A DNA stretch of 25,456 nucleotides from a virus. This document shows positions 19,248-25,456 of the stretch, in pieces. Location: UHGV virus genome UHGV-0039951. One strand, written 5' to 3'. Under the pieces are notes generated by a model, which was given only the letters and a program-made list of their open reading frames with translations, had not been told where the DNA came from and ran no database searches. A program made the translations under genes and the position numbers. The first letter of the stretch is position 1. Every line of letters starts with the position of its first letter.

Positions 19248-19771
19248 TTTCCGAATAGAGTGCTCATCGGTGATGTTTCAATCTGGATTGCGCCGCCGTC
19301 TTTGCCTGTTAGTTCGTGAGAAGCTTGTTCTTTAAACGCCTGAACAGAAACATGCTTACCAAGAAGTTCGAGGTTTTTAACCTTATCAGGCCATTTGATT
19401 TTCTTCAGGAGTGCGGCGCTATCTGCGGATGCCATCTCCACGACATCCATTCCTGATAACGTTGTGCGCCATACCTTAGGCCAGTCTTTAATGGGTTTTA
19501 GCTCACCGTTTTGCAGGAGAATGTCAAGCACATCCATCTGGTCGATTTCAATAAGGCGATTAAGTACATATTCTGCATTAATACCAACAAGATCATTGCG
19601 TTGTGCTTTCAGTTCGGCGATTCTGAGTTGTATGTCAGGTTTTGACATGTTTTCGGACGCAGTACGGTTGGCTGTTTTTGCGCTGTACCCCGCCCGAATA
19701 GCCGCTTGCGTGGCGTTTAAATCGATGAGGTACTCGCGACAGAACATTTCTTGCTTGTCGGTGAGTGCCAT
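19244..19771 (-). CDS. Terminase small subunit (Terminase_2-like N-terminal DNA-binding domain)
   Basis: 175 aa. The N-terminus MALTDKQEMFCREYLIDLNATQAAIRAGYSAKTA is the hallmark of small terminase subunits. The C-terminal tail ...GKDGGAIQIETSPMSTLFGK resembles the Sf6 gp1 C-terminus as recalled. Confidence 0.85.
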   Translation of the reverse strand: MALTDKQEMFCREYLIDLNATQAAIRAGYSAKTANRTASENMSKPDIQLRIAELKAQRNDLVGINAEYVLNRLIEIDQMDVLDILLQNGELKPIKDWPKVWRTTLSGMDVVEMASADSAALLKKIKWPDKVKNLELLGKHVSVQAFKEQASHELTGKDGGAIQIETSPMSTLFGK

Positions 19772-19795
19772 TTAATTACCTTTGGGAGATGCCCA

Positions 19796-20329
19796 ATGAG
19801 TTTAGAAAAATTACTAATCAAAAACAGAAAGTGCGGTTCATGCTCTGTGTGCTGCACTTCGCTACGAATTGAACAGCCAACGTTAAAAAAGTTGGCTGAC
19901 ATCCCATGCCAGCACCTTAAACATCAGGGAGGATGTGCAATTTATGATGAACGCCCTTCTGTTTGCCGCACTTGGTATTGCGGATGGCGAATTCTGGATA
20001 TAGGACCAGAGATGCGTCCTGATCGGAGTGGAGTTCTAATCCGTTATGATGGATCATCACTCTGCTTTCAACCCGTAGACAAAAACCGCGTATCTGCTTT
20101 GATCGAACCAGAGCCTCTGCGAATTTTGGGTGGCCTGATAGATCAAGGTATGAAAGTGGAAATATCGGTTCCAACAAAGGAAGGGTATTGCTCAGCCAAT
20201 ATTAATGTCACTGAGCATATGTCAGAGGTTGTAAAAAGCAGAGAGTATGTAAAAATGCGTTCGGCTCTTTTGGCGCTCATTCAATTCGCATCACGAGCAA
20301 AGACAGATCCAGTAGAACCGCTGGAATGA
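19796..20329 (+). CDS. Cysteine-cluster protein (YkgJ-like CxxCxxCC domain) with ~100-aa C-terminal extension; accessory gene on the opposite strand
   Basis: The ORF-track start at 19751 is TTG. The first ATG at 19796 is preceded by GGGAGA. Motifs CGSCSVCC ... CQHL ... GGCAIYDERPSVCRTWYCGW fit the YkgJ Zn/Fe-binding family as recalled. AT-rich composition. Confidence 0.7.
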   Translation: MSLEKLLIKNRKCGSCSVCCTSLRIEQPTLKKLADIPCQHLKHQGGCAIYDERPSVCRTWYCGWRILDIGPEMRPDRSGVLIRYDGSSLCFQPVDKNRVSALIEPEPLRILGGLIDQGMKVEISVPTKEGYCSANINVTEHMSEVVKSREYVKMRSALLALIQFASRAKTDPVEPLE

Positions 20330-20337
20330 TTATTCAG

Positions 20338-20361
20338 GTCGGGTTTAACACCCGGCTTTTT
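20338..20361 (+). terminator. Weak intrinsic terminator after the Cys-cluster gene
   Basis: 5-bp stem CGGGT/ACCCG with loop TTAAC, followed by GCTTTTT. Confidence 0.35.
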
Positions 20362-20604
20362 GAAATGGTACTCATTGCATCGCTTAATTTTCTTTAAATG
20401 AGAAACGTCCTCTTTCTTAACTGAAGACATTAATTCTTTATCAGTTCGAACATTCATTTTTTTCCATTGCATGATCTTCGCTAATTTATAATTTGCAGTT
20501 CTCCTGCAACGATTTGTTATGTGATAGGATATCTCTCTTCGTTTGGCGGTCCATTACTTCAATATCGTGATCATTAAGGTATAGGCTTTGTAATGCCTAC
20601 ATGG

Positions 20605-21084
20605 TTAAATGATTTGCCAGTCTTCAGCCATCAGGTCGCCAATGGATGGAGCCCATGTAGCAAGGCGGTTCTGTGAGTTTTTCAATACAAGCGTGTCATT
20701 GAAAGTTGGCTCGCCAACATATTCGCCAAAGCCATAACCCAACGCAGACGCTAATTTTTCTCCTTTCACGAGATAAACAAACTGATCTTTCCCATTCCAT
20801 CCTGCCCGCTGCAAACTTTTGCCCTGTTTTAACGCTTCCATGGCAAGGCCGAAACTTAGCCCTGATACCGGACGATAAGCCTTTTCGAATACTTCTTTTG
20901 GACTCCAGCTAACGTAGCCATCAAAGCGATCGGTGTTAGGTTTTCCGCCATCCAGATATTCAACCAGATAGCCTTCGTCCTCGCCGTTTTCTCCGGCAGG
21001 AAGCTGCCAGCCACGAAAATCGTTATATGCCTGTCTCGTCATCGGAAAGGCGTTAATCAGTTTTACGCCAATATGCTGGGTCAT
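20605..21084 (-). CDS. DUF2829-like (Tad2-like fold?) accessory protein with N-terminal extension, 160 aa
   Basis: ATG at 21084 (MTQHIGVKL...). The first 41 codons of ORF 20605..21207 look non-coding. The C-terminal half (FGLAMEALKQGKSLQRAGWNGKDQFVYL ... WAPSIGDLMAEDWQII) matches the DUF2829 pattern as I recall it. Confidence 0.55.
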   Translation of the reverse strand: MTQHIGVKLINAFPMTRQAYNDFRGWQLPAGENGEDEGYLVEYLDGGKPNTDRFDGYVSWSPKEVFEKAYRPVSGLSFGLAMEALKQGKSLQRAGWNGKDQFVYLVKGEKLASALGYGFGEYVGEPTFNDTLVLKNSQNRLATWAPSIGDLMAEDWQII

Positions 21085-21106
21085 AAAATTACCTATGGAG
21101 TTGGGA

Positions 21107-21131
21107 ATAAAAAAACCCCGCGAATGCGAGG
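21107..21131 (-). terminator. Intrinsic terminator downstream of Rz
   Basis: Minus strand reads CCTCGC-ATTC-GCGGGG (6-bp stem with one G-U pair) followed by TTTTTTT. Confidence 0.55.
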
Positions 21132-21306
21132 CTAAATCCTGGTGTTTGTGATGACTGGCTCTTATCTCAACGCAGCCCCTTACCGCGCGCCAGATGCTCA
21201 ATATCAAGCATCAGCAATGAGATGTTTAATCTGGATTCACTCCAGAAGTGATCACCACCCTGTCTACAGAGCCAGATGTGAAGGATGATGAGTAAAATTA
21301 TCGTTA

Positions 21307-21744
21307 TCATCGAAGGCATTGCGCCCTGATGTACTCCTGCAGGTAGTTAACCTGCGCGGTTATTCTGTCGATTCCACTTCGTAGACGGTAATAATTGAGT
21401 TTAGCATCTGCTGTAAGTCTTGGGCTTTCTCCATCGCCCATGCTGCTGGCTCCGGTCGTTGACTTTGCACAGGTGGCAGCGACTTGCAGGCGCTTACGAC
21501 CAGCAGAAATATCAGCACGGAGACTTTCGATAGTCGCGTTAGCATCAGCAAGCTCCTTTGTATATCTGGCATCGAGTTCTGCTACATCACGTTGACGCTT
21601 CTGCATATCAGCGATTGTGGATGTGGCCTTATCGCGCTGCTCTTTGTAGGTAATGGCGTTATCACGGTAATGATTAACAGCCCATGACAGACAGACGATG
21701 ATGCAGATAACCAGAGCGGAGATAATCGCGGTTAACCTGCTCAT
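21307..21744 (-). CDS. Rz: Rz i-spanin
   Basis: ATG at 21744 overlaps the endolysin stop (ATGA). N-terminal TM segment ([20 protein letters not shown]) followed by a coiled-coil-like periplasmic domain; contains an embedded +1 lipoprotein ORF. Confidence 0.85.
   Translation of the reverse strand: MSRLTAIISALVICIIVCLSWAVNHYRDNAITYKEQRDKATSTIADMQKRQRDVAELDARYTKELADANATIESLRADISAGRKRLQVAATCAKSTTGASSMGDGESPRLTADAKLNYYRLRSGIDRITAQVNYLQEYIRAQCLR
21360..21545 (-). CDS. Rz1: Rz1 o-spanin lipoprotein, embedded in Rz in the +1 frame
   Basis: [20 protein letters not shown]: signal peptide with lipobox VSAC, then a Pro-rich mature region ([16 protein letters not shown]). Entirely inside Rz. Confidence 0.8.
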   Translation of the reverse strand: MLTRLSKVSVLIFLLVVSACKSLPPVQSQRPEPAAWAMEKAQDLQQMLNSIITVYEVESTE

Positions 21745-22244
21745 TGCTGCCCCCACAAACAGACTTCACGCTCAATATCGCGACGGGTCATCAGCCCTTT
21801 CCATTGCTTACCGCCAGCGTATGTCCAGCGACGCAGCTGGTCACATGCGCCCTTGATATCGCCCTGGTTGATTTTGCGAAGAAGCGTCGATGTTCTGAAA
21901 TTGCCAGCCCCCACGTTGTAGACGAACGAGTAAAGAGCGCCGCGCGTTGTTTCCGGTATATCGACTTTGATGTACGGGTTAATTTGTCTGGCGACCGTGG
22001 CAAGGTCTTTGTTCAGGAGAGCTTTGCATTCTGCTTCGGTATACGTTTTACCGAGCATGATGTCTTTTCCGGTGTGTCCGTGACATACAGTCCATACACC
22101 AACAATATCTTTGTATGGTATGTAGCTGACACCTTCCAGACCATCGTTACCACTTGGTCCAGTGATTAACACAGATGCTATAGCAATAGCCCCGCCACTT
22201 ATCGCCGCTATTACGCTATTTCGTAGTGCCGGTGACATTGCCAT
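21741..22244 (-). CDS. R: SAR endolysin (phage lysozyme with N-terminal signal-anchor-release domain)
   Basis: 167 aa. N-terminal Gly/Ala-rich weak TM segment ([16 protein letters not shown]), then a lysozyme core matching phage 21-type R as recalled. Overlaps the holin 3' end. Confidence 0.9.
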   Translation of the reverse strand: MAMSPALRNSVIAAISGGAIAIASVLITGPSGNDGLEGVSYIPYKDIVGVWTVCHGHTGKDIMLGKTYTEAECKALLNKDLATVARQINPYIKVDIPETTRGALYSFVYNVGAGNFRTSTLLRKINQGDIKGACDQLRRWTYAGGKQWKGLMTRRDIEREVCLWGQQ

Positions 22245-22419
22245 TCAATCTGTCCTCGCGCTCTTTGCGCTTGTAGTACCAGTTGATGCCAAATGTGCCG
22301 ACAGTACAAAGAATACCAATGATGACAGCCCAGTCATTCAGGGAGAGAATGCCACCCATCGCAGTCAGTCCTCCGAAGCTGTAACTGAACCATTCTCTGA
22401 TTTTGTCCATACGGTACAT
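22216..22419 (-). CDS. S: Class II holin (pinholin-like) with dual-start motif
   Basis: 67 aa with two TM segments. N-terminus MYRMDK gives Met1/Met4 alternative starts with a basic residue between, like S21 (MKSMDK). First gene after the PR' leader, paired with a SAR endolysin. Confidence 0.85.
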   Translation of the reverse strand: MYRMDKIREWFSYSFGGLTAMGGILSLNDWAVIIGILCTVGTFGINWYYKRKEREDRLNGNVTGTTK

Positions 22420-22711
22420 GCTCTACCCCTTCATTGAGGGGATTTGCTCTATTTAATTAGGAATAAGGTCGATTACTGATAGAACAAATCCAGGCTACTG
22501 TGTTTAGTAATCAGATTTGTTCGTGACCGATATGCACGGGCAAAACGGCAGGAGGTTGTTAGCGCAACCTCATGCCACCCGCTTTCACGAAGCCAGCCAT
22601 TGCGCTGGTTTTCTTTTATGCAAAGCACACCGCACCGTAGCCACAGCGGATAAGGTGATTATTTTTGTCTGTCTGGTATTTGGTTTGATGTGCTTTCAGA
22701 AAGGCCGTGCT

Positions 22712-22748
22712 TAAAACGCAAAAAGCCCCGAGCTATTAACTCAGGGCT
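22712..22748 (-). terminator. tR'-like intrinsic terminator of the short PR' transcript
   Basis: Minus strand reads AGCCCTGAG-TTAATAG-CTCGGGGCT (9-bp stem, one G-U pair) followed by TTTTTGCGTTTT. It lies about 30 nt downstream of the predicted PR' start site. Confidence 0.6.
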
Positions 22749-22769
22749 TTATTTAACGAGTGCATTTAT

Positions 22770-22813
22770 CCATCGTTGAGTCAAATTTACCCAACTTTAT
22801 TCAATAAGTCAAT
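22770..22813 (-). promoter_or_regulatory. Late promoter PR' with qut-like region (-35 TTGACT 22812..22807, -10 TAAATT 22789..22784, AACGAT pause element downstream)
   Basis: TTGACT, 17-nt spacer, TAAATT, then TGACTCAACGATGG immediately downstream of Q. The same hexamers and pause element as lambda PR', as I recall it. Confidence 0.6.
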
Positions 22814-22854
22814 ATTATGCCGTTAATATGTTGCCATCCGTGGCAATCATGCTG

Positions 22855-23478
22855 CTAACGTGTGACAGCATTCAAAATGTTGTCTGCGATTGACTCTTCT
22901 TTGTGGCATTGCACCACCAGAGCGTCATACAGCGGCTTAACAGTGCGTGACCAGGTGGGTTGAGTAAGGTTTGGGATTAGCATCGTTACAGCGCGATATG
23001 CGGCGCTTGCTGGCATCCTTGAATAACCGACGCCTTTGCATCTTCCGCACTCTTTCTCAACAACTCTCCCCCACTGCTCCGTTTTGGCTATATCAACCGC
23101 ACGGCCTGTACCGTGGCAATCTCTGCATCTTGCGCCCGGCGTCGCGGCACTACGGCAATAATCCGCATAAGCGAATGTTGCGAGCACTTGCAGTACCTTT
23201 GTCTTAGTATTTCCTTCAAGCTTTGCCACACCACGGTATTTCCCCGATACCTTGTGTGCAAATTGCATCAGATAGTTGATAGCCTTTTGTTTGTCGTTCT
23301 GGCTGAGTTCATGTTTACCACAGAATGCAGCCATTCCGAATCCGGCTTGTGATTGCGCCATCCCCATAGCAGCCATCACATCAGTACCGGAAAGAGAGTC
23401 AGAAGCCGTAGCCCGTGGTGAGTCGCTCATCATCGGGCTTTTTGGCGAATGAAATTTAGCTACACTTTCGAGTCTCAT
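22855..23478 (-). CDS. Q: Late-gene antiterminator Q (lambda type)
   Basis: 207 aa. N-terminus MRLESVAKFHSPKSPMMSDSPRATASDS and zinc-finger cysteines (CRDCHGTG...CGRCKG) match lambda Q as recalled. Directly upstream of PR'. Confidence 0.9.
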   Translation of the reverse strand: MRLESVAKFHSPKSPMMSDSPRATASDSLSGTDVMAAMGMAQSQAGFGMAAFCGKHELSQNDKQKAINYLMQFAHKVSGKYRGVAKLEGNTKTKVLQVLATFAYADYCRSAATPGARCRDCHGTGRAVDIAKTEQWGRVVEKECGRCKGVGYSRMPASAAYRAVTMLIPNLTQPTWSRTVKPLYDALVVQCHKEESIADNILNAVTR

Positions 23479-23663
23479 GGTCTACCCCTCTTGCCCTGTT
23501 TGACCATCAGGACGCCGTTAACTATTACGTGACGCTCACCTTTGCTGTCTCGGTTGTACTTGAGCACTGTTCCTCTTGCACAGGAAAGCATCCTCGCCAC
23601 CTCGGTCTGATTGCCTCGTGTCTGGATAAGAAGCTCTGGTATCGTTTGAATTGTGGCGTTCAT
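23475..23663 (-). CDS. ninH: NinH-like protein
   Basis: 62 aa; motif GNQTEVARMLSCARGTVLKY...HVIVNGVLMV parallels lambda NinH; ATGA overlaps with neighbours. Confidence 0.8.
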   Translation of the reverse strand: MNATIQTIPELLIQTRGNQTEVARMLSCARGTVLKYNRDSKGERHVIVNGVLMVKQGKRGRP

Positions 23664-24022
23664 GCGTTCTCCAGTTCGGTGATTTTTATTCCAAGCCGTC
23701 CGCCTGGTACTTTCACACCACGAATTACGCTAATGTCATCGAATTGCTCGTCGTCTTCCGCAAATCCGGCGTGGATAAGGGAATCGAGTAAACATTTCAG
23801 GATGTTATCGAGGTCGCGGCGGCGGTAGTCTGGAACGTCTGCGATGACTTTGATGCGGAGTCGTGATTTGGTGAAAATATCTAACTTGAGTTGGTGGATG
23901 ATTTGCTGAACGTCTTTTCGGTATTTCTGGCCTTTATGGCTGATGTAGTATTGGCTTCCCCGTCTTCGCCAGTAGGTATTCACCGACGGCGGGTATGGAA
24001 GCACAAACTGATATTCGTTCAT
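23660..24022 (-). CDS. rusA: Holliday junction resolvase RusA
   Basis: 120 aa; LPYPPSVNTYW ... DVPDYRRRDLDNILKCLLDSL ... GGRLGIKITE matches the RusA family. Confidence 0.9.
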   Translation of the reverse strand: MNEYQFVLPYPPSVNTYWRRRGSQYYISHKGQKYRKDVQQIIHQLKLDIFTKSRLRIKVIADVPDYRRRDLDNILKCLLDSLIHAGFAEDDEQFDDISVIRGVKVPGGRLGIKITELENA

Positions 24023-24309
24023 GACTTAATCTTCCCCTCCTTCAGCAGTATCGCCTGCGTCCTGATTACGCCTTCGAGGTGGTAAAGTCTGGCGTCTTTG
24101 TTGTCGAGATTATGGGTGCGTCGGTCGATTTCATCGTGACACGCGCTACAAGCCCATGCGCCGATCAGGTCGTCAGGTTTCATTCCCGTTCCGCAAATTC
24201 CAGCCATCCGGTAATGTGCCAGAACTGTAGTTTCAGGATTACCATTGCATACGCCGTAAATACGTACCTGGCATTCTCTGCCGCGCGCTTCTTTGCGTAG
24301 GTTAGCCAT
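24019..24309 (-). CDS. YbcO-like (DUF1364) small Cys-rich putative nuclease
   Basis: 96 aa, Cys/His-rich, immediately upstream of rusA as in the DLP12 ybcO-rusA arrangement. Confidence 0.65.
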   Translation of the reverse strand: MANLRKEARGRECQVRIYGVCNGNPETTVLAHYRMAGICGTGMKPDDLIGAWACSACHDEIDRRTHNLDNKDARLYHLEGVIRTQAILLKEGKIKS

Positions 24310-25031
24310 TAAGCAGCCTCCCCTGTTACTTTCAGCATTCCGTTATCGAGCAGCTTTCTGGTCAGCCACTGTTGACCACGCCCGGTGATTTTTGTGGTGA
24401 ACGATATCTGTATTCCGTGATTTGTGTTGACCGCTGTTTCTTTCACTGTGAAATAGCCGCGATCCATATATTCCTGCATTGGCACATTTCGCCGGGAACC
24501 TGAAGCAATAAGGATTTTGTGATCGCGCATCCACGCAAACAGTTTGTTTGGACCAATTCCAACAACCTTTGCAAAGTTTCCAATCAAAATTCCGCTGGCC
24601 TCGCCAACGCGATCGGCAAACTCAACTTTAGGTGCGGCAATTGCGAGCTGGTTTTCCAGTTGCATTTTCTGCTCAGCAAGATCAGCAGCAAGGCGCAACG
24701 CTTCCGGTAGCGTTTTGGGGATATTAACCGCAGCTTCTTCAAGCTCTCGCCAGCGGTCAACAAGGCGAGCGGTGAATTCCGGCGACAACTGGGCAACAAC
24801 AACAATACTATCTCGCTTACCTTGTTCGCCTTCGAAGACGTAATGCTCGTACTGAACATTGAACCCTAAGTTATTGATTCTTTCGGAAACCTCAATTTGA
24901 GGAAGCCGGATAACACCATTTTTAGCCAGCGTTTCGATGGTACGTTTCACATTGTCATGACGCTTACCCACCAACTCAGCGATTTCAATGCTTGTCATTT
25001 TGATGGCATTGCCATTTATTAACTCATTCAT
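24309..25031 (-). CDS. Rha-family phage regulatory protein / antirepressor with KilAC-like C-terminus
   Basis: 240 aa. The N-terminal motif TSIEIAELVGKRHDNVKRTIETL is the Rha signature. The C-terminus ILIGNFAKVVGIGPNKLFAWMRDHKIL is a KilAC-like motif. Confidence 0.8.
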   Translation of the reverse strand: MNELINGNAIKMTSIEIAELVGKRHDNVKRTIETLAKNGVIRLPQIEVSERINNLGFNVQYEHYVFEGEQGKRDSIVVVAQLSPEFTARLVDRWRELEEAAVNIPKTLPEALRLAADLAEQKMQLENQLAIAAPKVEFADRVGEASGILIGNFAKVVGIGPNKLFAWMRDHKILIASGSRRNVPMQEYMDRGYFTVKETAVNTNHGIQISFTTKITGRGQQWLTRKLLDNGMLKVTGEAA

Positions 25032-25194
25032 CGTCTTCTTCCTCGTACATTGAGCTATTCGGATCGCTCATCAGTTCTGCACAGCAGTGCTCACACACGT
25101 GAACTTCCAGCACATGCAGCTTCTGACCGCAATTAGCGCACGTTAAAGCCCGCTCGACGCTTTCTTGTTCGTAACTTCGATTTTGGTCAATCAC
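25024..25194 (-). CDS. ninF: NinF-like protein
   Basis: IDQNRSYEQESVERALTCANCGQKLHVLEVHVCEHCCAELMSDPNSSMYEEEDDE matches lambda NinF as recalled. Likely start is the GTG at 25194 (SD GAGGAAAA upstream) rather than the GTG at 25224. Confidence 0.7.
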   Translation of the reverse strand: MIDQNRSYEQESVERALTCANCGQKLHVLEVHVCEHCCAELMSDPNSSMYEEEDDE

Positions 25195-25374
25195 CTTGTT
25201 TTCCTCGCACGATGTCTTAGCCACCGGATATCACCACAGGTGAGCCGTGTAGTTGAAGGTTTTTACGTCAGATTCTTTTGGGATTGGCTTGCGGTTATTT
25301 CTGGAGCGTTTCGTTGGAAGGTATTTGCAGTTTTCGCAGATGATGTCGGTGATACTTCGTCGCTGTCGTCTCAT
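25191..25374 (-). pseudogene. ninE: ninE with apparent +1 frameshift near 25233 (truncated to 47 aa in the window; the conserved C-terminus is readable in the shifted frame)
   Basis: [47 protein letters not shown] then stop at 25233..25231. The next frame immediately encodes DIRWLRHRARKTR ending in a TGA that overlaps the ninF GTG, which is the lambda NinE C-terminus as recalled. Confidence 0.5.
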
Positions 25375-25456
25375 GCTGCCCTGTCTCCCCATCGCGCTTT
25401 CCATTCGAGAGCCAGTCGCGCTTCGTCTGACCACTTAACGCCACGCTCTGTACCGA

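Noticed and set aside
20281-20472. Minus-strand 63-aa Lys-rich ORF in the AT-rich gap
   Set aside because: No convincing SD for either in-frame ATG, and it overlaps the Cys-cluster gene 3' end and its terminator. More likely a chance ORF in AT-rich DNA; a small basic protein cannot be excluded.
21085-21207. First 41 codons of ORF 20605..21207 (upstream start for the DUF2829-like gene)
   Set aside because: The extension runs through the Rz terminator hairpin and T-tract and translates to an implausible sequence. The ATG at 21084 directly follows the terminator.
22517-22714. Plus-strand ORF 22517..22714 (65 aa) in the PR'-holin leader
   Set aside because: It is antisense to a lambda-like untranslated leader, has no RBS, and overlaps the tR' terminator.
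1-25456. Searched for tRNA/rRNA genes, CRISPR repeat-spacer arrays, integrase and att core repeats
   Set aside because: No tRNA-like T-loop/acceptor pattern, no regularly spaced direct repeats other than the heptad tract at 1-56, and no integrase-like ORF were seen. The prophage ends and integration module lie outside this window.

Overview
This window is about 25 kb of the late arm of a P22-like/lambdoid mosaic prophage from an enterobacterial host, transcribed almost entirely on the minus strand. Reading from high to low coordinates: a lambda-type nin region (ninE, ninF, a Rha/KilAC antirepressor, ybcO-like, rusA, ninH), antiterminator Q with PR' and tR', a phage-21-type lysis cassette (dual-start pinholin, SAR endolysin, Rz with embedded Rz1), two accessory genes (a DUF2829-like protein on minus, a Cys-cluster YkgJ-like protein on plus), small and large terminase, portal, scaffold, an Sf6-type coat protein, head-completion proteins, tail needle, three ejection proteins, an immI-like region (three Arc/Mnt-type ribbon-helix-helix regulators, two antirepressors, a small membrane protein), a tailspike with a P22 gp9 head-binding N-terminus, a sialidase-like Asp-box centre and a C-terminal autoproteolytic chaperone domain, and finally the 5' end of a neuO-like gene with an (AAGACTC)n heptanucleotide repeat. 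This combination matches what is known for the E. coli K1 prophage CUS-3 family. The best candidates for an undescribed function are the plus-strand accessory genes: the Cys-cluster protein divergent from terS, the Mnt-like/membrane-protein pair, and the DUF2829-like protein after Rz. No integrase, att site, tRNA, rRNA or CRISPR array is visible. All homology statements come from recalled motifs and synteny, not from database searches.
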